Position numbers and translations under genes: made by a program. From NCBI GenBank assembly GCA_001786995.1, contig MFUO01000006.1, positions 1-34,396 on the forward strand: a stretch of DNA of 34,396 nt, in the 5' to 3' direction. This DNA comes from Candidatus Nomurabacteria bacterium RIFCSPLOWO2_01_FULL_33_17. Its GTDB lineage: Bacteria > Patescibacteriota > Minisyncoccia > Phycocordibacterales > UBA9973. Of this stretch, positions 22,561 through 32,469 are shown piece after piece (position 1 is the stretch's first letter; each line of letters begins with the position of its first letter). Below the pieces are notes generated by a model. That model did not search any database. It worked only from the letters and a program-made list of their open reading frames with translations, and was not told where the DNA came from.

Positions 22561-24001
22561 ATTTTTTATATTTGTTATTTGTATAATTTTTTATACACCC
22601 AATGTATATGCCGGAAATTTAACAATTACAGAGATAATGTATGACTTAGATGGTAGTGATATTGATTGGGTAGAAATTTATAATTCAAGTAGTAATGATA
22701 TAGATATTACTACTTTAGGACTTTTTATTAGTAATTCTACTTCTAATCATGGCATTATAAAATATGAAGGATCACAAGTTATTAAACCTGATAAATATGG
22801 TGTTATAGTTCCAACTTCACAAATATCTTCTTTTATAACTAAATGGGGAAGTTCATTAAATATTTTTACAAGTTCTTTTTCTTTACCAAATAGTACAGCT
22901 AAAATAGAAATTAATAATGGAGACAAAAATGCACCAATTTCTTCAGTTACCTATAGTTCATCCCAAGGTGCTACTAATGATGGTAAAAGTTTACAATTAA
23001 ATAATTCTAATTCTTGGGTATCTGGTAATCCAAGTCCTGGAGCTGGGTTTAGTCAAAATACTTCTCTAGAAAATAATAATACACAAAATCAAAATACTAG
23101 TCTAACACCTACAACAGTATCATCTAGTCCAGAAATAACAAAAGTTTACAAAGAACCAGTAATGCAATTTGTTTTTGATGTTCCTATAAATGTTATTGTT
23201 GGTAATAATACAACAATGAAGACAAAACTTTTGGGTTATAGCGGAGAAACAATCAATAATGGTTTATTTGTTTGGAATTTTGGTGATGGACAAACAATAA
23301 ATTTAAATACTAATACTAATGTTGAACATGCATATCTTTTTCCGGGAACTTATACTATTAGCTGCTCGTATTTTTATGGGTCTTGGTATGGCAAACCAGT
23401 GGTAGTTGGTCGTACTAAAATAGAAGTTATAGAATCTCCTTTGGAGATTAAAGATATTTATAGAGAACCATATCCGGCATTGCGTATTAGTAATAATTCT
23501 GATAATGAATATGATATTAGTAATTATATTATTCAAACAAAAAATACAAATATTACAATACCCGTTGGTACTTATATTGGTGAAGATGATGATATTGTAA
23601 TTGTTTTACCAAACCAAACCGAATTAGATGGAGAAATAAAATTATTATCACCATTGGGTTATACCAGTACTATATTTAATAAAACTAATACAAATAAAAC
23701 AGTTTTGAGTTTAAATAATAATATAAATGATACTACAAATAATGTTTTAAAAAATAATCAAAATATAAATTTATTTGAAACAGATTTTAGTAATACAGAA
23801 ATATTTGATAATAAAAATAATACAGATAAAATAATTAATTTGGACAATAATCTAGAAGAGAATTCTAAAAATAATAAATCAATATATTTACAATTATTCT
23901 TCATTATTGCATTTTCTATTGGTCTATTAGTTTTTTTAAGATTATATATAAAAAAAGAAAATAAAAACAATTCTGATGATTATGCTTTACAAGACGAGTA
24001 G
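22535..24001 (+). CDS. surface protein with lamin-tail domain, PKD-like domain and C-terminal membrane anchor
   Basis: N-terminal signal or anchor. ITEIMYDLDGSDIDWVEIYN is lamin-tail-like. FGDGQT...HAYLFPGTYTISC is PKD-like. Asn-rich linker and a C-terminal helix. Confidence 0.7.
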   Translation: MNKINYIIRFFIFVICIIFYTPNVYAGNLTITEIMYDLDGSDIDWVEIYNSSSNDIDITTLGLFISNSTSNHGIIKYEGSQVIKPDKYGVIVPTSQISSFITKWGSSLNIFTSSFSLPNSTAKIEINNGDKNAPISSVTYSSSQGATNDGKSLQLNNSNSWVSGNPSPGAGFSQNTSLENNNTQNQNTSLTPTTVSSSPEITKVYKEPVMQFVFDVPINVIVGNNTTMKTKLLGYSGETINNGLFVWNFGDGQTINLNTNTNVEHAYLFPGTYTISCSYFYGSWYGKPVVVGRTKIEVIESPLEIKDIYREPYPALRISNNSDNEYDISNYIIQTKNTNITIPVGTYIGEDDDIVIVLPNQTELDGEIKLLSPLGYTSTIFNKTNTNKTVLSLNNNINDTTNNVLKNNQNINLFETDFSNTEIFDNKNNTDKIINLDNNLEENSKNNKSIYLQLFFIIAFSIGLLVFLRLYIKKENKNNSDDYALQDE

Positions 24002-24022
24002 ATTACATTAAGCTGTATTTGT

Positions 24023-25171
24023 ATGATAATAAAAAAGAATGTAGTTATTGTTGGTGGAGGTTTTGGAGGATTAGAATCTGCTAGGATTTTAGCTAGATAT
24101 AGTAATTTATTTAATATTACCCTTATTTCGAAACAAGAAAACTTTTTATACTATCCAGCACTTTATCAATTAGCTGAAAAGGCCTCTACATATTTTTCCG
24201 TCTTAAAGATTAAAGATATGTTACCAAGATCAATTAATCTGATAATAGATGAAGTTATTGGTTTTGATAGGATTAAAAAAGTTGTTACATTTTCTAATCG
24301 TTCTGATCTATCGTATGACATATTAATTGTTGCATTAGGTAGTGTTACAGAAGATTTTGGTACACCTGGTGTTCGTGAATTCATGTATCAATTTAGAACA
24401 AAAGAAGATTTAGATCGTTTACGAGGTATTATTTTACAATATCTTGATTCAAATCAAAACGAACCAATTATAGTTGTTGGTGGTGGGCCAACCGGGATAG
24501 AGCTTGCCGCACAAATATCTACTTTATTCAAAGGAGAATCGTCGTATGATAATATTCATCCACGGGTAATGGTTATAGAAGCTTTATCTTCTGTTGTTGC
24601 TCAATTACCAGAAAGAGCTCAACATTTTATTAAAAAACATTTATTAAAACTAAAAGTTGCATTATATACAAACACAAAAGTTACATCTTATGATGGGCAT
24701 ATATTAAAAACAAATAATGGAGAATTTATTTCCAAAACCGTAGTTTGGGCTGCAGGGTTGGCTGCAAATCCATTACTTCGTGATTTAAACACTGAAACTG
24801 ATAAAAAGGGTCGTGTAATTGTTAATGAATATTTAGAGATTCCAACTGATAATAATGTATTTGTAATAGGGGATTCAGCTTCAACATTACGAGCAGGATT
24901 GGCACAAACAGCAATATATGATGGGGCTTTTGTTGCCAGATCTATAATTGCACGAACAATAAGACATAAAAGAGAAGTTTATTCAGCCCCAAAACATGTT
25001 GGTTACGCTATTCCTGTTGGTAAAGGTTTTGGCGTTGCATCATTTGGGTCATTTATATTTCGTGGTTTTTTGGGCTCACTTTTTCGTAATATTGTTGATT
25101 TTGAATATATAATAAAACGTGCAGATCTTCGTAGTGCAATTCAAATATTTTTCCACAAAACCCGAGAATAG
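24023..25171 (+). CDS. ndh: type II NADH dehydrogenase / FAD-dependent pyridine nucleotide-disulfide oxidoreductase
   Basis: Two Rossmann motifs (VVIVGGGFGG, VVGGGPTGIELA) and the GD motif VFVIGDSA. Confidence 0.82.
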   Translation: MIIKKNVVIVGGGFGGLESARILARYSNLFNITLISKQENFLYYPALYQLAEKASTYFSVLKIKDMLPRSINLIIDEVIGFDRIKKVVTFSNRSDLSYDILIVALGSVTEDFGTPGVREFMYQFRTKEDLDRLRGIILQYLDSNQNEPIIVVGGGPTGIELAAQISTLFKGESSYDNIHPRVMVIEALSSVVAQLPERAQHFIKKHLLKLKVALYTNTKVTSYDGHILKTNNGEFISKTVVWAAGLAANPLLRDLNTETDKKGRVIVNEYLEIPTDNNVFVIGDSASTLRAGLAQTAIYDGAFVARSIIARTIRHKREVYSAPKHVGYAIPVGKGFGVASFGSFIFRGFLGSLFRNIVDFEYIIKRADLRSAIQIFFHKTRE

Positions 25172-25199
25172 AGCTTTATTTGTAAGGGTTTTATAGGGC

Positions 25200-25229
25200 T
25201 TGACAAGGTAGTATGATAGGTGATATAAT
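25200..25229 (+). promoter_or_regulatory. sigma70-like promoter
   Basis: TTGACA (25200-25205), 18-nt spacer, TGATATAAT (25221-25229). ATG follows 6 nt downstream. Confidence 0.65.
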
Positions 25230-25235
25230 AGAGTT

Positions 25236-25775
25236 ATGAAAAGATATATTAATAATTTAATAATTTTGACAGCTTTCATATTTATTTTTATGTTTAGCTT
25301 GTCTTTAAAAGCTGATGCATCAATTGGTTTCTCAATTGGTTTTGGTGGTAGTAATTATTCTTCAGGTTATAATTATTATGATGGTGGTTATGATCCATAC
25401 ATGAATGATTATTATGGATATAATACTAATTACAATTATTCAAATTATTATTCTCCAAGTTATTATGCTGGAACTAATTATAATTATGCTGGTACTCCTT
25501 TATATAATAATTTGTATAACAATTATTATAATCAAGGTTATTATAATAACTCAGTAGCCCCAATGAATTGTTTTATGTCTGGTTATCCATGTGATAATTA
25601 TGGGTATAATAACTACAACTATAATAATTATAACAATAACTATAATAATTATAGTCTATCTTCTCCATTATATACTTACGGAGGAGATTCGAATTATTAT
25701 TCAAATAATAATTATTATGATTATGGTTCATCCCTTTCTTACTCTAATTCCGGTTCTATGTATAGACGACGCTAA
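25236..25775 (+). CDS. secreted Tyr/Asn/Gly-rich low-complexity protein
   Basis: Signal-peptide-like N-terminus (cleavage context LKADAS) followed by about 150 aa dominated by Y, N, G and S. Confidence 0.65.
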   Translation: MKRYINNLIILTAFIFIFMFSLSLKADASIGFSIGFGGSNYSSGYNYYDGGYDPYMNDYYGYNTNYNYSNYYSPSYYAGTNYNYAGTPLYNNLYNNYYNQGYYNNSVAPMNCFMSGYPCDNYGYNNYNYNNYNNNYNNYSLSSPLYTYGGDSNYYSNNNYYDYGSSLSYSNSGSMYRRR

Positions 25776-25808
25776 TAAACGAATTCAAATATACAAAAAC
25801 CAATATAT

Positions 25809-25836
25809 AAAAAATCACCTAAAAGGTGATTTTTTT
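25809..25836 (+). terminator. intrinsic terminator
   Basis: ATCACCT-AAA-AGGTGAT followed by T6. Confidence 0.8.
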
Positions 25837-25885
25837 GTTATTGTGTGTATTTCAAAATTTTTGATAAAAATGTTATGATAGATTT

Positions 25886-26254
25886 ATGCATGAAATAATA
25901 CAAAAAATAAAATTATACATAAAAGAAAGAGGCTGGTCTGTATTAAAAAATCCTGGGTCAATTGCAAAATCTATTAGTATTGAATCCGCTGAACTTCTAG
26001 AGATTTTTCAATGGGAAGATCTTTCTTTAAAAAAATTAAAATCAGATGAAAAATCTCTACAGAAAATTAAAGAGGAATTAGCTGATGTTTTTATATATGC
26101 TACAGAAATGTCAATTTCTCTTGATTTAGATATTGAAAAGATAATGTTAGAAAAGCTAGAAAAAAATTCAAAAAAATATCCAGCTAATCTTGTGAAAGGG
26201 AATCAAGAGCAATATTTAAAAATAAAAGAAAAACATAGAAAAAATACTCAATAG
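25886..26254 (+). CDS. MazG-like nucleotide pyrophosphohydrolase
   Basis: SIESAELLEIFQW and EELADVFIY motifs, with the ...LEKNSKKYP tail. Confidence 0.82.
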   Translation: MHEIIQKIKLYIKERGWSVLKNPGSIAKSISIESAELLEIFQWEDLSLKKLKSDEKSLQKIKEELADVFIYATEMSISLDLDIEKIMLEKLEKNSKKYPANLVKGNQEQYLKIKEKHRKNTQ

Positions 26255-26285
26255 ATTGCATTAGGCAAGGCCTAACGCAAGGGGT

Positions 26286-27053
26286 TTAAAAAAGTTTGTT
26301 TGGTTTTTTAAGGTAGTAGCGCAGGGTATATATCCAATCTTCTTCGGTGTCGTTTTGGCTATTTACTTTTTGTTCCAGTAGCCATTCTAAATATCTAGGG
26401 TCAGTATTGGCAACATCACTAATTTGTTTACCTATATGTTTACCAAATGTAAATGTTTTCATAAGAAAAGGTTCATAAGATATAGTCATCATTTGCTCGG
26501 TTAATTTGTCGCCAGTATTTCCGGTAATTTCACTAACTTTGTCAGACAAATATTTAAATACTGCTTCTAGAATTACAATATCACCCCGTGCATCGTGAGC
26601 GATAGCATCGATATCAACATCATAATAATATCTCAAATATTGTAAATTATATTTAGTCAGTATTCCTTCACGGTCTACAAATCTTGCAATCTTTAATGTA
26701 TCAATATATTGTGTAATTTGAATATTTTCGCGTTTTAGCATCCCAATATCAAATTTGGCATTATGCGCGATAAAAACATTGTTCTTATCGTCATTTATTT
26801 TTTTAAATTCATCCCACAAAACACTGCCCTGAAAAGGTGGCATATTTGCAACCATTTTGTTTGTTATATGACAAACAGCCATTGATTCGACAGACATGGG
26901 AACAGGGGGCTTGAATAGGCCATCCTTTATTTCATTATCAGTAGCTTTCTTCCAAGCAATTTGACATAAATAGTCATCATTTGTATTACCAGTTGTTTCT
27001 GTATCAAAAAAAATGTGGGTGTATTTCATACTAGATATTAGTATAACACGCAT
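26286..27053 (-). CDS. DEDDh 3'-5' exonuclease (DnaQ-like) with a DUF3820-like C-terminal domain
   Basis: FFDTETTG (Exo I), AHNAKFD (Exo II), HDARGD (Exo III), and C-terminal FGKHIGKQISDV...YLEWLL. The start may be ATG 27029 (MKYTHIFFD) rather than 27053. Confidence 0.8.
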   Translation of the reverse strand: MRVILISSMKYTHIFFDTETTGNTNDDYLCQIAWKKATDNEIKDGLFKPPVPMSVESMAVCHITNKMVANMPPFQGSVLWDEFKKINDDKNNVFIAHNAKFDIGMLKRENIQITQYIDTLKIARFVDREGILTKYNLQYLRYYYDVDIDAIAHDARGDIVILEAVFKYLSDKVSEITGNTGDKLTEQMMTISYEPFLMKTFTFGKHIGKQISDVANTDPRYLEWLLEQKVNSQNDTEEDWIYTLRYYLKKPNKLF

Positions 27054-27061
27054 GCTATACT

Positions 27062-27526
27062 ATGGGTATGACTGATATTCACCTGGGGTTAAAACAAGCA
27101 TTACCAGACGCTATGCGAGCCAAAGACACCAATAGGCTTAACGTTATTCGGGGTCTTTTGACCTCTTTTACAAATGAATTGGTTGCAACAGGGTCTACCC
27201 CTCAAAATACGCTAGATGATATCTTATGTGGTAAAGTAATTTTACGAACCATAAAACAACGCCAAGATGCAATAGAACAATTCGAAAAAGCTAATCGACA
27301 AGACTTGGCTGACGAAGATAAAATCCAATTAGAGATTTTACAAGAATTTGCACCAGAGATGGCAAGTATCAATGAGGTTAAAAAAATCGCTGATAGTCTA
27401 AAATTATCTATGGGAATAGAAGATAAAACAAAAATGGGTATGTTAATTGGTGCGGTAAAAAAAGAACTTGGAGACCGCGGGGATGGTGCTCTTATTAAAA
27501 AGGTAGTAGAAGATTTATTTATTTAA
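27062..27526 (+). CDS. GatB/YqeY domain protein
   Basis: LKQALPDAMRAKD..RLNVIRGLL signature. The start may be ATG 27068, which lies 6 nt after TGCTATACT (27053-27061). Confidence 0.8.
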   Translation: MGMTDIHLGLKQALPDAMRAKDTNRLNVIRGLLTSFTNELVATGSTPQNTLDDILCGKVILRTIKQRQDAIEQFEKANRQDLADEDKIQLEILQEFAPEMASINEVKKIADSLKLSMGIEDKTKMGMLIGAVKKELGDRGDGALIKKVVEDLFI

Positions 27527-27529
27527 TTT

Positions 27530-27871
27530 ATGGTTTTAAAACTCGTTTATCATTGGTTTACTATTTTATTAGCAGTTGGTGCATTGGCACATTTTGTAAC
27601 AGGTGCAACAATTGACAATATATTTACAGCATCTCTTATTGCTGTATTTTTAACTATTGTTCATGTTTTAATAAAACCAATTTGTACTGCATTTCATATT
27701 CCAATTAATTTAATTTCATTAGCAATTGTAGCTGTTATTTTTAATACATTGGCTTTGTGGGCACTGGGGTCATTGATTGATGGTTTTGTAATCTCGTCAA
27801 TCTCTTCAGCAGTTTTAGGAGCAATAATTTTGTCAATTTTAGCTTGGTTTAATAATCGAATGGTTAGTTAA
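27530..27871 (+). CDS. 4-helix membrane protein of the phage-holin-family-4 / DUF360 type
   Basis: 113 aa with four hydrophobic helices and a LIKPI motif typical of this family. Confidence 0.65.
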   Translation: MVLKLVYHWFTILLAVGALAHFVTGATIDNIFTASLIAVFLTIVHVLIKPICTAFHIPINLISLAIVAVIFNTLALWALGSLIDGFVISSISSAVLGAIILSILAWFNNRMVS

Positions 27872-27873
27872 TA

Positions 27874-28734
27874 ATGGATAAAGATTTAGAAATAAAGACA
27901 GATATTGTTGTAATCTATCACGCTAAATGCAGTGATGGATTTGGTGGTGCATGGGTAGCTTGGAAAAAGTTTGGTGATAATGCTACATATATTCCGGCAA
28001 CAGATAGGGAACATTATGATTTTAATCTTGATGGTAAAGAAGTTTATATCATTGATTATTCTTATCCACAAGATGTTTTGTTGGAATTAGAAAAGAAAGC
28101 AAAAAAATTAGTAATTATTGATCATCATATTTCCGCAAAAGATTCGGTTACATCTGTCGCAGAACATGTTTTTGATATAAATAATTCGGCTGCATATTTG
28201 ACTTGGAAATTTTTTTCCCCAAATGTTCCTGTTCCTAAATTAATAGATTATATTGAAGATGGGGATTTGTACCGATTTTTACTTTTAGATGCTCGACCAG
28301 TGATTGCTTATATTCATACTATGCCTTTTGATTTTGTTGCATATTCTAAAATTGCAGGAGATCTTGAAACTACTGATGGCTATATGAAAATTCTTGAACA
28401 AGGGACATTGCTTCGTACTGTACACGAGCGTCAAGTTGAATATTTTGCTGATAGGGCCGAGCTTGTAGAATTTGAAGGATACAAAGTGTATGCCGTAAAT
28501 GCCAACAATATTGTTGCCAGTGATTTGGGTCATGTTTTGTCTAAAAAGCAGGGTCCTTTTGCTATAATTTTTAATTATGAAGATTTAGCTTGGAAATGTT
28601 CATTACGGGGTGATGGGACGGTAGATGTGTCAGAAATTGCAGGTAAATATGGTGGCGGTGGGCATCACAATGCTAGTGGTTTTATAATAAAAATCGATTC
28701 TCATCCATTAACAGTATTTAAGAAAATAGATTAA
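27874..28734 (+). CDS. DHH/DHHA1-family phosphoesterase
   Basis: IIDHHIS (DHH motif) and GGGGHHNASGF (DHHA1 motif). Confidence 0.8.
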   Translation: MDKDLEIKTDIVVIYHAKCSDGFGGAWVAWKKFGDNATYIPATDREHYDFNLDGKEVYIIDYSYPQDVLLELEKKAKKLVIIDHHISAKDSVTSVAEHVFDINNSAAYLTWKFFSPNVPVPKLIDYIEDGDLYRFLLLDARPVIAYIHTMPFDFVAYSKIAGDLETTDGYMKILEQGTLLRTVHERQVEYFADRAELVEFEGYKVYAVNANNIVASDLGHVLSKKQGPFAIIFNYEDLAWKCSLRGDGTVDVSEIAGKYGGGGHHNASGFIIKIDSHPLTVFKKID

Positions 28735-28737
28735 GAT

Positions 28738-29715
28738 ATGGCATTAACTGATGAATTAAAATTTATAGCAAAAGCCGGAGATGGTGGAAACGGTGTTGTT
28801 CGTTGGCGTCAAGAAAAATTCATTGCCCGTGGTGGACCGAATGGCGGTGATGGTGGCTGGGGTGGAAATATATATGTAACAGCAACAAGAGATACAAATA
28901 TTTTAGGAACTTATAAAAAATCTCAAAAAAAGTTTACCGCAGGGAACGGTAAATCTGGAGAAGGCCAAAGTAAACATGGTAAAAATGGAAATGATATAGA
29001 AATTCCATTACCTGTTGGGTCTGTGATTACAAATATCAAAACTGGTGAATCCTTTGAAATTCTAAAAGATACTGATCGTTTTATGATTTTAGCTGGGGGT
29101 AAAGGAGGATTTGGAAATGAACATTTTAAAAGTTCTTTAAAAGTATCGCCACTGGAAGCTACAGATGGTAAATCAGGTGAGCAGGGTGAATTTTTTGTAG
29201 AACTTAAAATAATTGCTGATATTGGATTAGTTGGATATCCTAATTCCGGTAAAAGCTCTTTGTTGAATATTTTAACAAATTCAAAATCAAAAGTTGGGAA
29301 TTATGACTTTACTACATTAGAGCCTCATTTGGGTATTTATCATGGTTATATTATTGCTGATATTCCAGGGCTTATCGAAGGTGCAAATATTGGTCGCGGA
29401 TTAGGGTCTAAATTTTTGAAACATATTTCTCGAACAAATATGATCGTACATCTTGTATCCGCTGAAAATGAAAATGTAGCAAAAGCTTATAAAACAATTC
29501 GATCTGAACTTGCAGATTATGGAAGTGGTTTAAAAGATAAGACTGAAATTGTTGTTTTATCTAAAAGTGATACTGTTGATACAAAAAGTGTTGAAAAGAA
29601 AAAGAAAGATTTGGAAAAAGTTTGTAAATCTATAGTTTTTGTCTTATCTTTATATGATGATAAAAGTCTTAAAATATTTGCCGATGCCATTATTAAATCT
29701 CTTAAAAATAAATAA
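28738..29715 (+). CDS. obg: GTPase Obg
   Basis: Glycine-rich Obg fold (AGDGGNGVV, GGPNGGDGGWGGNIY) and G domain (GYPNSGKSS, DIPGLIEGA, LSKSD). Confidence 0.92.
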   Translation: MALTDELKFIAKAGDGGNGVVRWRQEKFIARGGPNGGDGGWGGNIYVTATRDTNILGTYKKSQKKFTAGNGKSGEGQSKHGKNGNDIEIPLPVGSVITNIKTGESFEILKDTDRFMILAGGKGGFGNEHFKSSLKVSPLEATDGKSGEQGEFFVELKIIADIGLVGYPNSGKSSLLNILTNSKSKVGNYDFTTLEPHLGIYHGYIIADIPGLIEGANIGRGLGSKFLKHISRTNMIVHLVSAENENVAKAYKTIRSELADYGSGLKDKTEIVVLSKSDTVDTKSVEKKKKDLEKVCKSIVFVLSLYDDKSLKIFADAIIKSLKNK

Positions 29716-29734
29716 TTTCTGATATACTAATTTT

Positions 29735-31171
29735 ATGGAAACTAAAAGACCATATTATGTAACAATTGGACTCGAAATTCATGTCGAGCTTAAAACCAAT
29801 ACCAAAGCATTTTGTAGTTGTAAAAATGAGTCTATTGTAATTGGACAAGAAGACCTACCAAATACAAATGTATGCCCTGTATGTACAGGACAGCCTGGGA
29901 CATTGCCAGTATTAAACAAAGCCGCAGTCGACCATATGGTAAGAGTTGGTCTTGCAATAGGGGCCGAGATTGCAGATTTTACAGAATTTGATAGGAAGAA
30001 TTATTTTTATCCTGATATTCCCAAAGCTTATCAAATATCGCAATATAAATTCCCAATAGTCTCAGGGGGTAAACTTGCCCGAATTGATATAACTCGTGTT
30101 CATTTAGAAGAAGATACAGCAACATCTAGTCACGACACAGGTGGGTATTCTTTGATCAATTATAACCGTGCTGGAGTACCTTTGATGGAACTTGTTACTG
30201 AACCTTTGATACGAGATACGGAAACAATAGTTGTCTTTGCAAAAGAATTACAATTATTACTTCGAACATTAGGGGCTAGTGATGCAAATATGGAGCGTGG
30301 TCAAATGCGTGTAGAAGTCAATGTTTCTATTTCACCTGACCGTGATAAACCATGGCCTAAATATGTAGAAGTTAAAAATATTAATTCATTTCAAGCTGCA
30401 AAAAAAGCCGCCGAATATGAGATTAGTCGGATGACAGATTTGTGGGAAAATGGTCGTGAAAATGAAATTATCAAAGAAACTCGTGGTTGGGATGAAAATA
30501 AACAAATAACAATTTCGCAAAGGTCTAAAGAAAATGCTGAAGATTACAGGTATTTCCCGGAACCTGATTTACCAAAACTTTATTTGCATTCTATGTATGA
30601 TTTAGATGAAGTAAAAAATAGTTTACCTGAACTACCTTGGCAAATGAGAGAAAGATATAAAAAAGATTTTGATATTAAAGACAGTGATATAGAAATTTTT
30701 GTAAATGAGCAAGTCATGAGAGATTTTTTTGAAGCTATTGTAACCGAAATTCATGATAAAAATAGTATTCAATTAGCTTCAAACTATATTACATCTGATT
30801 TAGCAGGTATAATGAAGACTGATAAAGATGCATTACTACCAACCCCAGAAGATTTTGCCGAATTAATGAAAATGGCACAAGAGGGGGAATTATCGAGTCG
30901 CGGTGTAAAAGATATTTTATTTGTCATGGTTAAGACTCCTATTAAACCCAAAGACTATGCGACAGAGCATGATTTGATTCAAAAAAATGATCCGGAATTT
31001 TTAAAAAATCTGGCACAAAAATTGATCAGTGAAAATCCTGATGTTGTAGCTTCTTATAAAAGTGGTAAAGAAAATGCAATTATGTCTCTTGTTGGTAAAA
31101 TAATGAAAGAATCCGGTGGCAGTGCTAACCCCCAAATGGCGAAAGATATATTATTAGAATTATTAAAGTAA
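29735..31171 (+). CDS. gatB: Asp-tRNA(Asn)/Glu-tRNA(Gln) amidotransferase subunit B
   Basis: IGLEIHVEL, the VCPVCTGQPGTLP zinc site, and a C-terminal YqeY-like domain. Confidence 0.93.
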   Translation: METKRPYYVTIGLEIHVELKTNTKAFCSCKNESIVIGQEDLPNTNVCPVCTGQPGTLPVLNKAAVDHMVRVGLAIGAEIADFTEFDRKNYFYPDIPKAYQISQYKFPIVSGGKLARIDITRVHLEEDTATSSHDTGGYSLINYNRAGVPLMELVTEPLIRDTETIVVFAKELQLLLRTLGASDANMERGQMRVEVNVSISPDRDKPWPKYVEVKNINSFQAAKKAAEYEISRMTDLWENGRENEIIKETRGWDENKQITISQRSKENAEDYRYFPEPDLPKLYLHSMYDLDEVKNSLPELPWQMRERYKKDFDIKDSDIEIFVNEQVMRDFFEAIVTEIHDKNSIQLASNYITSDLAGIMKTDKDALLPTPEDFAELMKMAQEGELSSRGVKDILFVMVKTPIKPKDYATEHDLIQKNDPEFLKNLAQKLISENPDVVASYKSGKENAIMSLVGKIMKESGGSANPQMAKDILLELLK

Positions 31172-31181
31172 AAATAATGGT

Positions 31182-31409
31182 ATGGAAATAAAACCAGGAC
31201 AAATTTACAAACATTTTAAAGGTGATACTTATAAAATTCTTAGTTTAGCGAAACATACAGAAACTGAAGAATGGATGATAATTTATGAAAGACAGACTGA
31301 TATTGTTCATACTGGTTGGCGTGTTTGGGCACGACCCGAGAATATGTTTTTTGAATATATTGAAAAAGATGGTTATAATGGCCCTAGGTTTGAATATATT
31401 AGTGGATAA
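31182..31409 (+). CDS. DUF1653 domain protein
   Basis: YKHFKGDTYKIL...HTETEE..IIY...W.RP..MF pattern. Confidence 0.7.
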   Translation: MEIKPGQIYKHFKGDTYKILSLAKHTETEEWMIIYERQTDIVHTGWRVWARPENMFFEYIEKDGYNGPRFEYISG

Positions 31410-31426
31410 ATGATATAATACAATAT

Positions 31427-32455
31427 ATGAATGAAAAACAGATTAAAGTTGCGATAAATGGTTTTGGGCGAATAGGGCGGGCGTTTTTAAAAATTGCGCA
31501 GGATCGGCCTGAATTAGAGGTGGTGGTGGTAAATGACTTGGGCAGTATTGATAATATGGCCTACCTTTTGCAATACGACACTGTGTACCATAAATGGGGG
31601 CATGATGTGACATTTGATGAACATGACATTATAGTTGATGGGCGAAAGGTTAAGGTAATATCTGAAAAAGATATCAGTAAACTACCTTGGAAAGAATTAG
31701 ATATTGATGTAGTGGTGGAATCAACAGGCTTGTTTACTTCATACGACAAAGCAAAATTTCATTTAGATTGTGGTGCAAAAAAAGTTGTAATTTCAGCTCC
31801 CGCCAAAGATGAAATAGGTGGCGGAATCGCTGAAACTATTTTAATGAGTGTGAATGAAGACAAATTTGGCACATGTGATATTACCAGTAATGCATCATGT
31901 ACAACAAATGCAGCCAGCCCTATAATTGGCATAATGCACGAAACAATTGGTATACAAAAAGCCATTTTAAATACAGTGCATGGTTATACAGCAACTCAGT
32001 CACTGGTAGATGGTCCAAACAAAAAGGATTTACGCGAAGGCCGAGCCGCCGCCCAAAACATTGTACCGTCTTCAACAGGCGCTGCAATTGCTGTAACCAA
32101 AGCCTTCCCCGAATTAGACAATTTATTTGATGGAATTTCCATTCGTGTACCTGTACCAGCAGGGTCAATTGTCGACATTACATTTATTGCAAACCGTGAT
32201 ACAACAGCCGATGAGGTAAATGAAATTTTAAAAAATGCATCTCTGGATACTCACTGGAGTAAAGTTTTTGCTGTTACCGACGAACCACTTGTTTCATCTG
32301 ACATTCTTGGTAACTCACATGCATCTATCGCTGACCTTGCACTAACACGAGTTGTAGGCGGTAATTTAGTAAAAATCATGGGTTGGTACGACAACGAAAT
32401 GGGGTATACGAGTACTCTGGTGGAGCATGTTATTAAAACAGGGGAGACTATTTAG
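31427..32455 (+). CDS. gap: type I glyceraldehyde-3-phosphate dehydrogenase
   Basis: INGFGRIGR, the SNASCTTN active site, and WYDNEMGY. Confidence 0.95.
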   Translation: MNEKQIKVAINGFGRIGRAFLKIAQDRPELEVVVVNDLGSIDNMAYLLQYDTVYHKWGHDVTFDEHDIIVDGRKVKVISEKDISKLPWKELDIDVVVESTGLFTSYDKAKFHLDCGAKKVVISAPAKDEIGGGIAETILMSVNEDKFGTCDITSNASCTTNAASPIIGIMHETIGIQKAILNTVHGYTATQSLVDGPNKKDLREGRAAAQNIVPSSTGAAIAVTKAFPELDNLFDGISIRVPVPAGSIVDITFIANRDTTADEVNEILKNASLDTHWSKVFAVTDEPLVSSDILGNSHASIADLALTRVVGGNLVKIMGWYDNEMGYTSTLVEHVIKTGETI

Positions 32456-32469
32456 TAATTTTTTCTAAT

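Noticed and set aside
25591-25878. A 95-aa Ile-rich ORF overlapping the 3' half of the Tyr/Asn-rich gene in another frame.
   Set aside because: It is a frame-shifted reading of the AAT/TAT-rich repeats. It has no start context, and the terminator at 25809-25836 lies inside it.
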